From: Lama glama
Lineage: Eukaryota
Length of the DNA stretch: 64,000 nt
Assembly: GCA_028534125.1 (NCBI GenBank)
Contig: CM052816.1
Coordinates: 23,252,001-23,316,000, forward strand
Reading direction: 5' to 3'
Shown here: in pieces, positions 62,500 to 64,000 of the stretch
How positions within the stretch are numbered: position 1 is the first letter of the stretch
How the letters are laid out: each line of letters starts with the position of its first letter
Translations under genes and position numbers: made by a program
The notes under the pieces: generated by a model
What the model was told of the DNA's origin: nothing
Databases searched by the model: none
What the model saw: the letters and a program-made list of their open reading frames with translations, nothing else

Positions 62500-63270
62500 A
62501 TAGCAATTGCATATTCTCAGACTTCGTTTTACTTCCCTTGTCTTCAGCTTGTGAAACTGCTAATCATTTCCACTTGGAAAACTGTCTTCACTTAGCCTCC
62601 AGGACCCTACTTTCTCGTGGGTCTATTCCTACCGGTAGACTTCTTCAGAGTTTTAATTGTTGCTTTCTCCTTATCTTCCTAACCTCTAAATATGATAGTG
62701 ATCAAGTTCTCAGGCTTGGATTCTTCCCTTCTCTAACTCACTCCCTAGTGTTCTCATTTCGTATCATGTCTTTGGTGTCACCTACTTGTTGGGGACTTTC
62801 AGACAGATGCCTATCCTGGACCTACTTAGATCTCTACTTGGATGTCTAACGTGCATCTTAAAATTAAAACATGACCCTAACTCTGTTGCTGGGCATCTGC
62901 TGTCCGTTTCCTGTTGCTATATTCTCCCCAAGACAAATGCATGGCTTGCTGTCTAACTGCCTTCAGATCTCTAAACAAATGCTACTTTCTATAGGAAGCC
63001 TTCCCAAATCACCCCATATAAAACAGCAGCATTCGCACCCTCCCATTCCTTGTTGCATTCCCTGTTTTTCTTACCCAAGTTTATACTTCTCCAAAACACT
63101 TACCACCAACCGACCTACTATTCATGCATTTACTTACTGTCTGTTTCCCCCAACTAAAATGTAAGCTCCAGGAAGGCAGGGCTTTGTTTCCTGCTGTTAT
63201 AAGTATATAGAACAGTGCCTCAAAGTAGATGGAACTCAATAAATATTTGTCAAATCAGTAACTGAATTTT
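62500..63270 (+). mobile_element. L2 3' fragment
   Basis: ctctacttggatgtctaac..catctt..; end cccaactaaaatgtaagctccaggaaggcagggc..agaacagtgcct..ctcaataaatatttgtc. Confidence 0.85.
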
Positions 63271-64000
63271 TAAATAATCTCTTCAAAGTCCCTATCAATC
63301 TACCTCCCCACCCATCCACCTGCCTACCTACCTACTCACGTAACTACTTTCCATGCTTTGCATGTTGCACGAATTTGGGATGGAAATGATGATTTTCAAG
63401 GGCAGTATCAGAATGCCGTTTTGGATTTTGGGAATCATAGAAGCCCAAGCTCTTAGCCCTAGGAGACTCCGAAAGATGATGCAGTCCCACTTTCTTGCTC
63501 TACAGACTGTGACTCAGAAAGAAAGAAAGCTCTGACTATGGTTACACAACTAATAAGGGGCACAACCACTTCATGCCTTTCCAGCCAAGCCTGGACTAGG
63601 AGGTGCTGCTTTTCCTGGGCTGCCCAGGGCATCCCAATCCTTTCTGGTATCATTTTTATACCATCCTTGATAGAGATGACACACAGAGAGAACTGGAGAA
63701 AACCTGAATAAAAATGTCACCTATATGCAATTTCAGGGGGAAAAAAGGAGAACATTTCTGGATACTTAAAACCTAAAACTTAGTTCTATTGCAAAATGTC
63801 TAGTTTAAAACAAGGCACATCCTGGGATACTGAGAAACAGATTGAACACTCCAGATTGAACACTATTTATATTAATAAATAGTTATGCTTTCAGAGATAG
63901 AAAAAGTCCATACAAGTAGGTTAGTGAGAAATGACCATATAAACAGAGCTAGTAGCCTGGAAAAATAAAACAATCAATTAAAATAGTTCTTAACCATGAT

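Larger units (their letters stand above)
1..64000 (-). other. ADAMTS19: Internal part of the ADAMTS19 gene (window is intragenic; 8 coding exons visible)
   Basis: Eight minus-strand exons splice in order and in frame (1048 nt, 349 codons + 1 nt) into a peptide matching my recollection of mammalian ADAMTS19 from HVICTGLWCK to WEDCDATCGGG. No start or stop codon of the gene is in the window. Confidence 0.93.

Noticed and set aside
53850..64000. Search for upstream ADAMTS19 exons (metalloprotease/disintegrin)
   Set aside because: No convincing exon with splice sites and ADAMTS motifs; treated as intron.

Overview
AT-rich mammalian genomic DNA, most likely from a camelid: it carries a tRNA-Ala-derived Vic-1-like SINE, and I saw no Alu, Bov-tA/BovB, PRE1 or Can-SINE copies. 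The whole window lies inside one minus-strand gene that I recognise as ADAMTS19. Eight internal coding exons (53748-53849, 48324-48454, 47251-47423, 41591-41718, 37575-37695, 30139-30219, 10857-11014, 6982-7135) have GT-AG boundaries and matching phases. They splice into one stop-free frame of 1048 nt covering the end of the disintegrin-like domain, TSR1, the Cys-rich region, the spacer and the start of TSR2. The gene's 5' and 3' exons lie outside the window. The introns hold many L1, L2, MIR, MaLR/ERVL LTR and Tigger/Charlie remnants, with several clean nested insertions and target-site duplications (TSDs), plus a 500-N assembly gap at 32230-32729. I found no support for a new multi-gene system. 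The notable items are splicing and polyadenylation hypotheses and transposon history. Repeat subfamily names come from recalled consensus sequences, and repeat boundaries are approximate unless a TSD is given.
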